Part shown: in pieces, positions 38,033 through 50,729 of the stretch
Layout of the letters: each line of letters begins with the position of its first letter
Position numbering within the stretch: the first letter of the stretch is position 1
Assembly: GCA_965153355.1 (NCBI GenBank)
Contig: OZ231126.1
Location: 7,502,001 to 7,566,000 of the forward strand
Length of the DNA stretch: 64,000 bases
Direction: 5' to 3'
DNA from: Flaccisagitta enflata
Taxonomy: Eukaryota
Program-made: the position numbers and the translations under genes
The notes under the pieces: model-generated
Database searches by the model: none
The model's input: only the letters and a program-made list of their open reading frames with translations
What the model was told of the DNA's origin: nothing

Positions 38033-38899
38033 TATAGCTGTGACTTATGTTTTACTTAAGCTTTGATATTTTTGGTTAGAAATGCTTAAGTCCTTCGCTT
38101 AATATAGTAGTCGGTCTTTATTGGTACAAACAGGTTCCCAGTAGTGGACCATCATGTAGAGTAACATTTGCCCTTTCCAAATCTGTATCGCACTTTACTT
38201 TGGTATCTGTCGTTTGGCAGTTATTAGCGTTTTAGTGATAACACCTCATTTGCATAATGTTGTCTCTCCTTTTACTCCGTGGTGCCACTTTGGTTCCACC
38301 CCATGGTGTGACCCCTCCACCATAGGTTACCATAAAACTTAACTAAAGGTGACTCCAAATCTGCCCTCAGATTTGGGCTACGATGAGCCGTTTGGCTGCC
38401 CCTGCCCCAAGGCTGATCCAGCCCTTTGTCTCTTCCCCAGCCAGGAGGATTTGCCTCCGGGTCCCCTTAGAAGATGCTCATCTGTCTTTGGTTTCCATGG
38501 TCTTTCTTATCCTCCTGTAGGAGGCGCTGGTAGTACTGTACACCTCAGAGGACATTGCCCTTTTGTTGGTCCTCTGCTTTTCCTTTGGTCACATGACCTA
38601 ACTGTCATGGCAGCCTCCTTGCTCCGAGCCGGAGGGACTCTGTCAACCTTAGAGAATGAATCCTTTCATTCTGGTTCTTTGTTCTGAGTCAGAAAGACTC
38701 ATAGTATTTTTCTCTTGGGATTTAATTAAAAGGCCAAAGGCCTTGGACTCGATTTTAATCTAAGTACCCCAAGGGTACATGTGTTTGTTAGAGGCCAAGT
38801 AGCCTCATATAGTAACTTGTGTCTATGGTGTTAAAGACATTATGAAATAGAGGAAAAGTACATGTAGGAGTCCATGTACCCTTTTTCATCATCGCCACA
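38033..38899 (+). repeat. 3' LTR of element C (867 bp)
   Basis: After PPT TCTAGGGGGCG; ends GCCACA|GGGTTAG. Confidence 0.95.
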
Positions 38900-39147
38900 G
38901 GGTTAGGGTTAGGGTTAGGGTTAGGGTTGGTAGAAGAAGGCTAGGCTAGGTTAGGCTAGGTTAGGTTGGAGGTTGGGTTAGGTACAGGCTTAAGTTGTTA
39001 GTGGTTAGGGCTAAAGTTGGTAGGTTAGGGTTGTTGGTAGTAGGCAGAGGGTTGTTTAAAAAAAGAATTAAGGTTGGGTTAGGGTTTTAGGTTTTGGGTT
39101 AGGGTTAGGGTTAGGGTTAGGGTTAGGGTTAGGGTTAGGGTTAGGGT
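38900..39147 (+). repeat. Telomeric tract 3
   Basis: Perfect TTAGGG edges; centre includes AGAAGAAG and TTTAAAAAAA. Confidence 0.9.
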
Positions 39148-40456
39148 TGTGGCCATTGGCCTAAGTATGGTGTCTCAATCTCATTTGCATAATGTCGTCA
39201 TGTTATACTCCATCATGTTCCTCACCTCATTTCCTTTCCAATGGTGTAAGTCTCATGTTTATGGTGTCAGCGGTTCATGAGTTATGGCCCATCAATGGTT
39301 GACATCTCATTTACATATTGTGGCGTCGTTACATTTCGTTATTAATAATTTCACTCGGTCTGATTCTGAATCTGATGTCTGTTTTTGTCTATCTGCTTCC
39401 TGTCAAAAGATAGCAGACCGATGGGGACATGTTCTTAGCCTATGAGCGGCCAGTCCCTTGGGGGTGGGCCTCATTGGATATGCCTTGCATATTGTGGCGA
39501 CGTTAATGAGCTTAGAGATGGCTTTACTCCTCTCATTAACTCCTTACAGCTTACTACAAAATATAGGGCCCAGGCACAAGCCCTATACATATTTACCTTC
39601 CTGATGGCCGATCCAGTCTATGTTTATAGAGCTGATAAGCTCTGCAGGCACCTGGATTCGATCCCTGGACCTTTGGACCCAGAGCTCTCTCCCTTACCGA
39701 TGTCGCCACGGCGGCTGCATGGATAGAGCTGCCAAAGCTTAGGGTGGTTCTCCCTTTACTCTGTTTTCCTTTGTTTCTCCTCCCTGTTTCTTCTAAGTTT
39801 TCCTCATTACATACTGTGCCCATAGTTGTGCTTATGCTATCGCCATGAAATTTTATGTGTATGTAGTATGATGTTAGAGAAAAGGTTTGGCGTCTCTTGT
39901 TTCATGATTTTATGGACAGGCTTAGTGCCCCTGCCCTTTAACTTCTTTTAGAATTATCTCTATCTCTCACTTTTGCTTAATTAAGTATTCAAGCCTTTTG
40001 TTTGCTTGTCTTTTGATAGAAGGATTTGCCTTCTCTTATTTTGGGTTCAATTGATCATTTGTCATCAGGTCATGTGATGTCCCCTCGTCCCCTCCTGGTC
40101 ACATGACCCTCCCAAAATGGCTGCCGCCATGGCAGGCAGCATGGCCAGACTGTTTAGCTGTGGGAAATAATTCTATCATTCTGGTTCTTGTTTTTTAGTC
40201 TGGATAGACTATAGTCTTCGCTCCTGTTTTTATTTTATTGCTTGAATAAATAACTTTGTATCTGAATAAGACTTTGTGCTATTATTAAAAGGGCTAGCAG
40301 CCCTCTAACTCTGCGAGTACCCCCGTGGGGTACCTATGGACTTGTGGCTACGCCACTGACCCTGTCCATAGTCTTATGGATTGCCAAAAGACTCAAAGGC
40401 ATTAATATCGCAATGGTAGACTTTGGAGTCATCTACCACTTTTGGGAATCGCTACA
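39148..40456 (+). repeat. 5' LTR of element D (1309 bp)
   Basis: TGTGGC..GCTACA, followed by AAT+PBS. Confidence 0.95.
39643..39719 (-). ncRNA. tRNA-like module in the D/E LTRs (also 48400-48476, 49917-49993, 58675-58751)
   Basis: A box TGGCGACAT(C/T)GG, B-box variant GGATCGAATCC, closed by TGCAG/CTGCA. Confidence 0.5.
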
Positions 40457-41827
40457 AATTGGTGACTCCCGTCTCAAAGACAAGAGTTACGTTCTCTCCA
40501 ACCTTCTGACATCGTGGTGACGACGTCGACGACGAGCTGCTGCAGCAGCATCAACCTGACTGTTACAAAACAAGTGTACAGACCAGAAACAACATTACCC
40601 TTGTGTTCTCTCTTCAACAACTTCGTCATCAAGGGCACCACCTCGTCGACACCGTCCCCAGCATCGAGTGGCGTCAACAACATCGTCGACAGCCTCTCCA
40701 AATCGCCTACGACGTCCACAGCCCAACATCCTCGTCCACGACGTCGTCAGCACTCAGCAAAGAACAGGAGTCTCGAGACTGGGCTGGGCTTCGGTCAGCT
40801 GTCTTGGGCGAAGCTGGACTCGTCCTGGCCTGTGGGATTTGGCCACTAAGGAGGACTCCGGCGCCAGTTCCTCGCATCCACACGTTGGGTGAGCCGGAAG
40901 TGTCATTGTAACCCTTTAATGTTACAACCTTGACAAGAAACCTCCACCAACAGACAGACATTAACAGCTTAACACATTTTATTGATGCTGTTTCTTCCCA
41001 TGTCTTTTACTTCCGCATGTTCTCGGTCACGGACCCTTCCACGAGTTCAATCGGCTCCCACAACGCCTCGAGAGCTTCCCCACGACACCACGATCCTTTC
41101 CAACGTCTTCAACATCCGTAGACATCCGTTGGCTTCACATCTCGAAGCCCACGCCTCTCAATCCGCATCCCAACGAAGTTGACCATCAATTGGACTCTTT
41201 AACGACTTCAGACGCCTTCAGACTCGTGCAGCATCGTCTCCCACGGGTCCCCACGTCCACGACGACGCCCCAACACCTCGCCAACGTCTCCGTGACGCCT
41301 ACGACGTCGAGCTGCTGCTGCAACCCTGCTGTCTTCGCGAGCTTCGACGCCAACGTCCACCTTCGAATTCGAAAAGCGAAAGACGATTTCGAGCGCCTCG
41401 AAAAGGCACTTCCGGTCGGAGTTGAAGGACAAAAATTTCAGGGATGGTAGACGGCACCCTCGACTACGTTGTATTAAAATTTGGTGACCGTCGGACGACT
41501 ACTTCGCGTTCTCGATCAAATTGAAAACATAGGCGCTTTTCGAAGGCAAAAACGAGGATTTTTTCGCCGAGGGAATTTTCTGCCTTCCTCTAGTTGCAAT
41601 TTGACGCCCTTTGGAACATAACAACTAGACTACCTGAAGTACTTGGGATTCAAATTTCATGCCAATCGGTCTGCAGGTTCGGCCGCAACAGCTCGCCGAA
41701 AACGAAGTTCGAACTTCGCCTTTTTACAACAACATTTCAACTCGTCTATCCATTTTTACTTCATATGTATTCTCTAGAAGTACATAGCCTCGCTTTTATT
41801 TCAACAACATATCCTCCCGTGATATAA

Positions 41828-43132
41828 ATGAGTGGACAACGCCATCATCCCCACATCTCGGACGCTGCCTTCACCCCTTTCCAACACCTGATACCTACAC
41901 TTCCGGCCAACACGGACGGCTACATTGACAGCCTTCTCGCTTCGCCTCCACTTCAACCACGCCTTCAGGGCATGGACATTGATCAAAACAATCTCCAACA
42001 GTCACAGGCAGCAGCAACAACAATGGAGTTCACTCAGGAGAAGTTCATGCAACTGCAAGCGTTAGCAGAGAGACAAGCTAAGATGCTTGAGGATGGAAAT
42101 GCCTTTCAAAATGAAGCAGCTCGAAAGCTGCAAGATTCTCAACGCCAGTTGGAGGAAACCCAACGAAATCTCACAGATCTCACTGCTGCCTTCAACTCCC
42201 TCTCGACACAAGGTCGTCCTCTCACCGTCACTTCCGCTCCCAAGAAGAAGCCGGACCTCCCCGCCTTTGACAGCAAAAATGTCCTGGTGTGGATACGCAG
42301 AGTAGAGGCTGCTTACCGTCGAGCAGGGGTCATTGACCCCAAGGATAAATTCGCGTGGATGGAAAGCATTTTCCAGGTCAAACTCGATCCACAAATAGAC
42401 GCTTACTTGTATGGAGAAAATACAGCTCAAGATTGGGACGACTTTATCTCTTATCTTAAGAAGCAGTACGGTCCAACCATCCGCCAAAAGGCGCAGAAGC
42501 TCCTAGGAGACATTCCACGCCACGACTTGAAGCCTTCTCAATGGCTCCTTCAGCTCAAAGACGACACTAAAGACGTCGAGCTCGACCACATCCTTCGAGA
42601 ACATCTGCTCAAGACGATTCCTCCGCGAATAAGAGAGATAATGGGAAAGGAGGTGGAAGAAATGTCGTCAGAGGAAGTGGCTAAGATGGCGGACACATTC
42701 TTCGATCGCCAAGGCAAACCAGCTGAAAAGCAATCCACATCCATCAACAACGTCATGGCCTCTTCAACAGCTTCTGCCACTCCTCCTCCTCCTCGAGCCT
42801 CCTCCTCGACACCCTTCACACAAGCCTTCAGTGACGACGACGATGGCGACATCAACCACGTCAGAGGGGGAAGATTTCCAGGAAATGGTGGAAACCGTGG
42901 AAATAACAACAGAGGTCCTCGCAGCAAGAGCAGAAGCAACTTCACTCGCGCCCCAACATCTTCGTCAACGACTTCATCCTCCAATAACTCACAAACCAAG
43001 CAAGCAGGATTGTGTAGATGGCATAGAAAGTTTGGCGACAAGGCCCTGAAATGCCTCTCTGATTGTTCTCGTCATTCCACCTTCATGGCCTCACAAAACT
43101 CGGGAAACGGCCAGGGAGGACGCCGACAGTGA
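41828..43132 (+). CDS. gag: Gag of element D
   Basis: 434 aa; KPDLPAFD..WIRR; CRWHRKFGDKALKCLSDC. Confidence 0.95.
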   Translation: MSGQRHHPHISDAAFTPFQHLIPTLPANTDGYIDSLLASPPLQPRLQGMDIDQNNLQQSQAAATTMEFTQEKFMQLQALAERQAKMLEDGNAFQNEAARKLQDSQRQLEETQRNLTDLTAAFNSLSTQGRPLTVTSAPKKKPDLPAFDSKNVLVWIRRVEAAYRRAGVIDPKDKFAWMESIFQVKLDPQIDAYLYGENTAQDWDDFISYLKKQYGPTIRQKAQKLLGDIPRHDLKPSQWLLQLKDDTKDVELDHILREHLLKTIPPRIREIMGKEVEEMSSEEVAKMADTFFDRQGKPAEKQSTSINNVMASSTASATPPPPRASSSTPFTQAFSDDDDGDINHVRGGRFPGNGGNRGNNNRGPRSKSRSNFTRAPTSSSTTSSSNNSQTKQAGLCRWHRKFGDKALKCLSDCSRHSTFMASQNSGNGQGGRRQ

Positions 43133-46100
43133 ACGCGGCCACCCCCTCCTCTTCATCATCATCAAAAAATGATTTATTATTCGTTCACGACGTCACTACG
43201 CGCCAGAAATGGTTAATAGATGGGGGCGCTGTCCTATCCATCGTCCCTCCCACATACGCTCAACGTTTAAATGGCCATTCAAATATGCAGCTGCAGGCTG
43301 CAAACGGCTCGAGGATCAAGTGCTTTGGAGTTAGGCAGATGCCAATACACCTGCCAGGGCGAAAATTCTCTTTTCCAGTGACGATTGCAGACGTCAAACA
43401 GCCAATCCTAGGGGCTGATTTTTTGGCTAAAAATTACTTGGCCCCAAACCATAGGGATGGTACCCTAATCGACCTCAAAGACATGTCGACTATCAAAGTG
43501 GATTTTGAAGATAAGGCTGAGCCTATACGCGTGAACCACGTCAGTCAGGCGACAAACCCTTACTACAAGCTCCTGGATGGAAAATTCCCGGACCTTTCCA
43601 ATCCCACTTTCAAGGTCAAAGACGTCGACCACGGGGTTTATCATTATATACCCACAGAAGGCCCCCCAGTGCAAGCAAGGGCCCGTAAACTGGACCCAGA
43701 AAAGTTAGCTGTGGCCAAGGCTGAACTGGATAAGTTGGTTGAATTGGGAGTTTGCGAGAGGGGCAAATCAGATTGGTCCTCACCCCTACTCGTCACAACA
43801 AAGCCTTGTAATTCGCCCTGCACTTGCGAACAAGAAAAACCTTGTGGCGGATGGCGGGTCTGTGGAGACTATCGAAGGCTCAATGACCTTACCACAGACG
43901 ACCGCTACCCTGTAAGAAACTTACAAGATTTCAACGCTGATCTTAGAGGCAAAACAATTTTTAGCAAAGTGGATTTGTTAAAAGGGTATCATCAAATCCC
44001 TGTATACCCTGATCATGTGAAAAAAACTGCCGTCATAACGCCATTTGGCCTCTACCTCTTTCCACGCTGCCCCTTTGGCCTTAAAAATGCTGGCCAGGAT
44101 TTCCAGCGACTCATGGACAAGATCCTCGGCGACATACCTCACACTTTCGTCTATTTGGACGATATTTTAATTGCCTCATCATCACCAGCTGAGCACCTCG
44201 AGGACCTCACGCGCGTCTTCACCATCCTGGAAGAGAATGGTCTTGTCGTAAATCGCAAGAAGTGCATTCTTGGTGAAAGTTCCATCGAGTTTTTAGGCCA
44301 CCTTTGCGACGCCCACGGCATCAAGCCATTGCCATGTAAAGTAGAGGCCATCAAAAAAGTTCAGCCACCAACAACAATTAAAGAATTGCAGCGTTTCTTG
44401 GGCATGATTAATTATTATCGCCGTTTTATAAAATCTGCCGCCCACCACCTCTACCACCTCTTCGACGCCCTCGGCTCCAAGCCAAAGCGCCTTCTATGGT
44501 CAACAGAGATGCAGGCCTCATTCGAGGCCATCAAGAACGCCCTCGCGAATGCAACAATGTTACACCATCCGGACTCGTCTCTTCCACTGGCTCTTACTAC
44601 AGATGCCTCAGATGTAGCCATTGGAGCTGTTCTGGAGCAAAGAGGCCCCAACGGATGGGAACCTCTGGCGTTCTTTTCCAAAAAATTGTCGGATTCTCAG
44701 CAGAAATGGTGCCCCTACGACCGTGAACTGCATGCTGTGCACAAGGCAGTCCGCCATTTTAAGTACATGGTCGAGGGAAGAGCCTTCACGATCTATACAG
44801 ATCACCAGAGTTTGGTGCCTTCGATGTCAAAGAAGACTGAGGCCCAAACAGCTCGCCAAGCCAATCAACTTTCCGAAATTAGCGAGTATTCTACTGACAT
44901 ACGCTATTTAGAGGGCAAGAGTAACGTTGTGGCTGACGCCCTCTCGAGGCCTAATGGTAAGCAAGAACCTCCTACAGTCAGCAACATCTCGCCAACTTAT
45001 TCCTCCATGCCCCAACATGTTTTCTGTCAAGACATCAACCGCATGAGAGACGAAGGAATTCTGGGAATTCATCAAGTTGGTTATGAAGAAGAGGAAGATG
45101 ATGAACCTGAAGTCGAAGAGTATAGACCAGAGGAAGATGAAGAGATCGAGGAAGAATGGGAAACAGAGGCAAACTCTGACTTCTTTGACGAAATGGAAGT
45201 GAGGTACAATAAGCTCAAAGCTTGTTCTCGTCAACCAACACCCTCAGGGGCTCTCACTCCGTCTCCTTCTTCCAACACTGCTTCCTCTGCAACTTCGTCG
45301 TCAACACCCTCAGTGGCTCTCACTCCGCCTTCTTCTTCCAACACTGCTCCCTCTGCAACTCCGTCATCAACACCCTCAGTGGCTCTCCCTCCGTCGCCTT
45401 CTTCTAACTCAGCTTTCTCTGCAACCTCGTCAACTCCAGCAAAAAGCAACCCGGCTAAGCAGGTCTCATTTGCACCAATCATCTCGTCAGTCTCTCGACC
45501 TCCAGAGTCTCCTTCAATGAACAACGACGAGTGGCTTCAACATCTTGAAAGAATCTGCAGCCAGGGACAACCACCTCAGCCTTCACCTCCACCAACGCAG
45601 CAACAGTCCTCTCCTCCAATCCCTAAAGGTTATAAACCAGTTCCAGAGGAAAAGATTGAGGATCTTCAACTGCTGGTCAATTCAGTCAGCCACTTTGCCA
45701 TCGATTTGGAAGACATGGCGCGCCAACAGGCTTTAGACCCAGAGCTGAGAACGCTGAGAAGAGACGCAAGAACTGGACTCAGTTTCAGAAAGGTTAAGGT
45801 TGGGGCAACATACTTGTTTGTGGACGTTTCGAATGGCCCTGCCCGCCCCTTCGTGCCACTGTCTTATCGCCGAAGGATATTTAATGTTATCCACAATTTG
45901 GGGCATCCAGGAGTCGAAAGGACTCGCCAAACCATAACTGACAAATTCGTTTGGCCTAATATTAGGCAGGACGTGTGCAAGTGGGCACGAGAGTGTGTGG
46001 CCTGCCAACAGGCCAAAATTCAACGCCATGTGGTACCACCCATAGCAGAATTCTCCGTCCCACCAAAACGCTTTCAACATATCCACCTGGATTTGGTGTC

Positions 46101-46994
46101 CATGCCTCCATCCAATGGCTTTGACCACTTGTTAACTATTGTGGACCGCTTCTCAAGGTGGCCAGCAGCCATACCCATCGCCAACATCAGCGCTGAGACG
46201 GTCATAGATGCATTGACACATGGATGGATTGCAAACTACGGCGTCCCTGAAGTGATAACTACGGACCGAGGCAGCCAATTTTCGGCTCAAATATTCACCC
46301 AGCTTCTTGAAAATTGGGGCATTCGCCACATCGCCACAACAGCTTATCATCCGGAATCAAACGGAATGGTGGAGCGACTACATCGTCGTCTCAAAGAGAG
46401 CCTAATTGCTTTGGGCAGGGGAGAAAGGCTTCTTTGGTTTTGGAAACTGCCCATGTCATTACTGGCGCTAAGGACAACAATGAAGCCTGACTTAGGTTCC
46501 TCCCCAGCTGAACTTGTGTATGGAGAAGGCCTCACTGTGCCTGGCCAACTGATTGGGCCACCAAACCTTTCGGATGAAGAGCTTCTTCAGCAACAGCGAG
46601 CGACTCGAAACAACCTAAGGGTTGAAGTAGAACGTCTACAGCCAACTGCAACATCAGCCCATCGTGCTCCTAGGGTTAACATACCGGACGAACTCGCCAC
46701 TGCAACACACGTGTTAGTAAGAAAAGGTTTGCAGCAATCGCTTACAGCACCGTATGAAGGCCCTTTCGAGGTAGTCTCCAGACATGCGAATGGTTTCCGC
46801 CTACGCTTCCCAGGCAGGGGCACGGACATAGTCGCCCTGTCAAGACTAAAGCCAGCAATCATCGCACCGGAAGAAGAACGTGATGAGGAGGATAATAACG
46901 ATGTCACACCGCCATCTCCACCTCCTCCAGGTCGCCCTCCTGGTGTAAGAACGCGTCTTCCGGCTCCAACTTCCCGTCAGACACGCAGCTCGAC

Positions 46995-47038
<44 letters not shown>

Positions 47039-47550
47039 TCCGTCAGCAACAGCAGCAACAGCAGCAACAACAGTCGTCGACTCATGAGCCCAACAGCAGC
47101 TCGGGTGACTCGCAGATCCCGTGCTCTTCTCGCAGCGTTCCTGGAGAGCCCATTCCGGACTCACCACCTCCTCCTCCTCCTCCTTGTCGTCGTCAACGTC
47201 AGCGTCAACGTGACCCATCGCCGGAGCAACTGACAGACCCGACAGGCAGAGTCGAGTACCAGGACGATCCCAACCTCGCTCCATGCCCAACTCCTCAACA
47301 GGAACAGGCCTTAGCAGAGGCTTTTCCACATCAACCGGACCCGCTCAATCGTGATCCAAGAGACTTGGACCAGCCCTTGGTCCCTCCTACGCCATCCAAC
47401 TCTACTGCCAACGATGGTAACGCTCAAGGGGGCGTCAACAGGAAGAAAAAGACACTCTCATTTTCAAATCCAAAGAAGGGCCACTTCTCGTACCGTAGGC
47501 CCCGTCCTGACATAAACTTCCTTCGCCAAGTCATGAACGAGCTCAATTAA
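43063..47550 (+). CDS. pol: Pol of element D, -1 frameshift entry near 43102
   Basis: 1495-aa open frame with all PR, RT, RNase H and IN motifs. Confidence 0.97.
45238..45435 (+). repeat. Three ~66-bp coding tandem repeats (TPSxALxPxxSSNxAxSATxSS) in the RNase H-IN linker of D (same in E, about 55513-55710)
   Basis: ACACCCTCAG(G/T)GGCTCTC recurs every 66 bp. Confidence 0.85.
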
Positions 47551-47904
47551 TGTAGGTCACATTTTTACATTACTCTTTATTTAACAATTCCGTGGTAATA
47601 GCGTCATCTATCTTCCTTCTCGAGTGACAGTACAGTTGCTCTTTTGTTCTCTGATTAGTAGCGTCATCTATCTCATTTTTCTTTGTAGTAGCGTCATGTT
47701 ATCTCCACTGAGTGACAGTACAGTCCCTCAACTTTGCCGAGTGGTCAGGGCACTATAAACCTGGTAGGCTTTATATTTTACTTGCGTAGTATCGCAGAGG
47801 ACGCAACCTCTATAAAAAAAGATTACTAACCGTCATATCATGTTCACTCACGTCTTTTGAGTAGATTGTTCCCGTTCGTAACCCCGTACACAATCTAGGG
47901 GGCG

Positions 47905-49212
47905 TGTGGCCATTGGCCTAAGTATGGTGTCTCAATCTCATTTGCATAATGTCGTCATGTTATACTCCATCATGTTCCTCACCTCATTTCCTTTCCAATG
48001 GTGTAAGTCTCATGTTTATGGTGTCAGCGGTTCATGAGTTATGGTGCATCAATGGTTGACATCTCATTTACATATTGTGGCATCATTACATTTCATTATT
48101 GATAATTTCACTCGGTCTGATTCTGAATCTGATGTCTGTTTTTGTCTATCTGCTTCCTGTCAAAAGATAGCAGACCGATGGGGTCATGTTCTTAGCCTAT
48201 GAGCGGCCAGTCCCTTGGGGGTGGGCCTCATTGGATATGCCTTGCATATTGTGGCGACGTTAATGAGCTTAGAGATGGCTTTACTCCTCTCATTAACTCC
48301 TTACAGCTTACTACAAAATATAGGGCCCAGGCACAAGCCCTATACATATTTACCTTCCTGATGGCTGATCCAGTCTATGTTTATAGAGCTGATAAGCTCT
48401 GCAGGCACCTGGATTCGATCCCTGGACCTTTGGATCCAGAGCTCTCTCCCTTACCAATGTCGCCACGGCGGCTGCATGGATAGAGCCGCCAAAGCTTAGG
48501 GTGGTTCTCCCTTTCTCTGTTTTCCTTTGTTTCTCCTCCCTGTTTCTTCTAAGTTTTCCTCATTACATACTGTGCCCATAGTTGTGCTTATGCTATCGCC
48601 ATGAAATTTTATGTGTATGTAGTATGATGTTAGAGAAAAGGTTTGGCGTCTCTTGTTTCATGATTTTATGGACAGGCTTAGTGCCCCTGCCCTTTAACTT
48701 CTTTTAGAATTATCTCTATCTCTCACTTTTGCTTAATTAAGTATTCAAGCCTTTTGTTTGCTTGTCTTTTGATAGAAGGATTTGCCTTCTCTTATTTTGG
48801 GTTCAATTGATCATTTGTCATCAGGTCATGTGATGTCCCCTCGTCCCCTCCTGGTCACATGACCCTCCCAAAATGGCTGCCGCCATGGCAGGCAGCATGG
48901 CCAGACTGTTTAGCTGTGGGAAATAATTCTATCATTCTGGTTCTTGTTTTTTAGTCTGGATAGACTATAGTCTTCGCTCCTGTTTTTATTTTATTGCTTG
49001 AATAAATAACTTTGTATCTGAATAAGACTTTGTGCTATTATTAAAAGGGCTAGCAGCCCTCTAACTCTGCGAGTACCCCCGTGGGGTACCTATGGACTTG
49101 TGGCTACGCCACTGACCCTGTCCATAGTCTTATGGATTGCCAAAAGACTCAAAGGCATTAATATCGCAATGGTAGACTTTGGAGTCATCTACCACTTTTG
49201 GGAATCGCTACA
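47905..49212 (+). repeat. 3' LTR of element D (1308 bp), followed by a PBS copy (49213-49235)
   Basis: After PPT; ends GCTACA then AATTGGTGACTCCCGTCTCAAAG. Confidence 0.95.
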
Positions 49213-49235
49213 AATTGGTGACTCCCGTCTCAAAG

Positions 49236-49421
49236 GTTAGGGTTAGGGTTAGGGTTAGGTTAGAGTTGTGGTTAGGTGAGCTAGTTGTGGGCAGCATCAG
49301 GCTGAGTTAGAAGGCAAGTGCAGGCCAGGCCAGGTTAGGTTGTGGTTAGGTTAAGGGTTAAAGGGCTTAGGGTTAGGGTTAGGGTTAGGGTTAGGGTTAG
49401 GGTTAGGGTTAGGGTTAGGGT
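49236..49421 (+). repeat. Telomeric tract 4
   Basis: GTTAGGG repeats at both edges; CAGGCCAGGCCAGG in the centre. Confidence 0.9.
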
Positions 49422-50729
49422 TGTGGCCATTGGCCTAAGTATGGTGTCTCAATCTCATTTGCATAATGTCGTCATGTTATACTCCATCATGTTCCTCACC
49501 TCATTTCCTTTCCAATGGTGTAAGTCTCATGTTTATGGTGTCAGCGGTTCATGAGTTATGGCCCATCAATGGTTGACATCTCATTTACATATTGTGGCAT
49601 CGTTACATTTCGTTATTAATAATTTCACTCGGTCTGATTCTGAATCTGATGTCTGTTTTTGTCTATCTGCTTCCTGTCAAAAGATAGCAGACCGATGGGG
49701 ACATGTTCTTAGCCTATGAGCGGCCAGTCCCTTGGGGGTGGGCCTCATTGGATATGCCTTGCATATTGTGGCGACGTTAATGAGCTTAGAGATGGCTTTA
49801 CTCCTCTCATTAACTCCTTACAGCTTACTACAAAATATAGGGCCCAGGCACAAGCCCTATACATATTTACCTTCCTGATGGCCGATCCAGTCTATGTTTA
49901 TAGAGCTGATAAGCTCTGCAGGCACCTGGATTCGATCCCTGGACCTTTGGACCCAGAGCTCTCTCCCTTACCGATGTCGCCACGGCGGCTGCATGGATAG
50001 AGCTGCCAAAGCTTAGGGTGGTTCTCCCTTTCTCTGTTTTCCTTTGTTTCTCCTCCCTGTTTCTTCTAAGTTTTCCTCATTACATACTGTGCCCATAGTT
50101 GTGCTTATGCTATCGCCATGAAATTTTATGTGTATGTAGTATGATGTTAGAGAAAAGGTTTGGCGTCTCTTGTTTCATGATTTTATGGACAGGCTTAGTG
50201 CCCCTGCCCTTTAACTTCTTTTAGAATTATCTCTATCTCTCACTTTTGCTTAATTAAGTATTCAAGCCTTTTGTTTGCTTGTCTTTTGATAGAAGGATTT
50301 GCCTTCTCTTATTTTGGGTTCAATTGATCATTTGTCATCAGGTCATGTGATGTCCCCTCGTCCCCTCCTGGTCACATGACCCTCCCAAAATGGCTGCCGC
50401 CATGGCAGGCAGCATGGCCAGACTGTTTAGCTGTGGGAAATAATTCTATCATTCTGGTTCTTGTTTTTTAGTCTGGATAGACTATAGTCTTCGCTCCTGT
50501 TTTTATTTTATTGCTTGAATAAATAACTTTGTATCTGAATAAGACTTTGTGCTATTATTAAAAGGGCTAGCAGCCCTCTAACTCTGCGAGTACCCCCGTG
50601 GGGTACCTATGGACTTGTGGCTACGCCACTGACCCTGTCCATAGTCTTATGGATTGCCAAAAGACTCAAAGGCATTAATATCGCAATGGTAGACTTTGGA
50701 GTCATCTACCACTTTTGGGAATCGCTACA
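49422..50729 (+). repeat. 5' LTR of element E (1308 bp)
   Basis: Nearly identical to the D 5' LTR; followed by PBS. Confidence 0.95.

Larger units (their letters stand above)
29259..38899 (+). mobile_element. Element C: full-length Ty3/Gypsy (CsRn1-type) retrotransposon
   Basis: LTRs 29259-30126 and 38033-38899 (one substitution and one 1-bp indel seen); PBS TGGTGACTCCCG 30130-30141; PPT 38022-38032; flanks GGGT|..CA|GGGT. Confidence 0.97.
39148..49212 (+). mobile_element. Element D: full-length Ty3/Gypsy (CsRn1-type) retrotransposon
   Basis: LTRs 39148-40456 and 47905-49212; PBS 40460-40471; PPT 47894-47904; intact gag and pol. Confidence 0.97.

Noticed and set aside
39442-39726. 94-aa ORF repeated in D/E LTRs and 112-aa ORF in C LTRs
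   Set aside because: They recur only because the LTRs are repeated; not kept as intact homologous ORFs across families.
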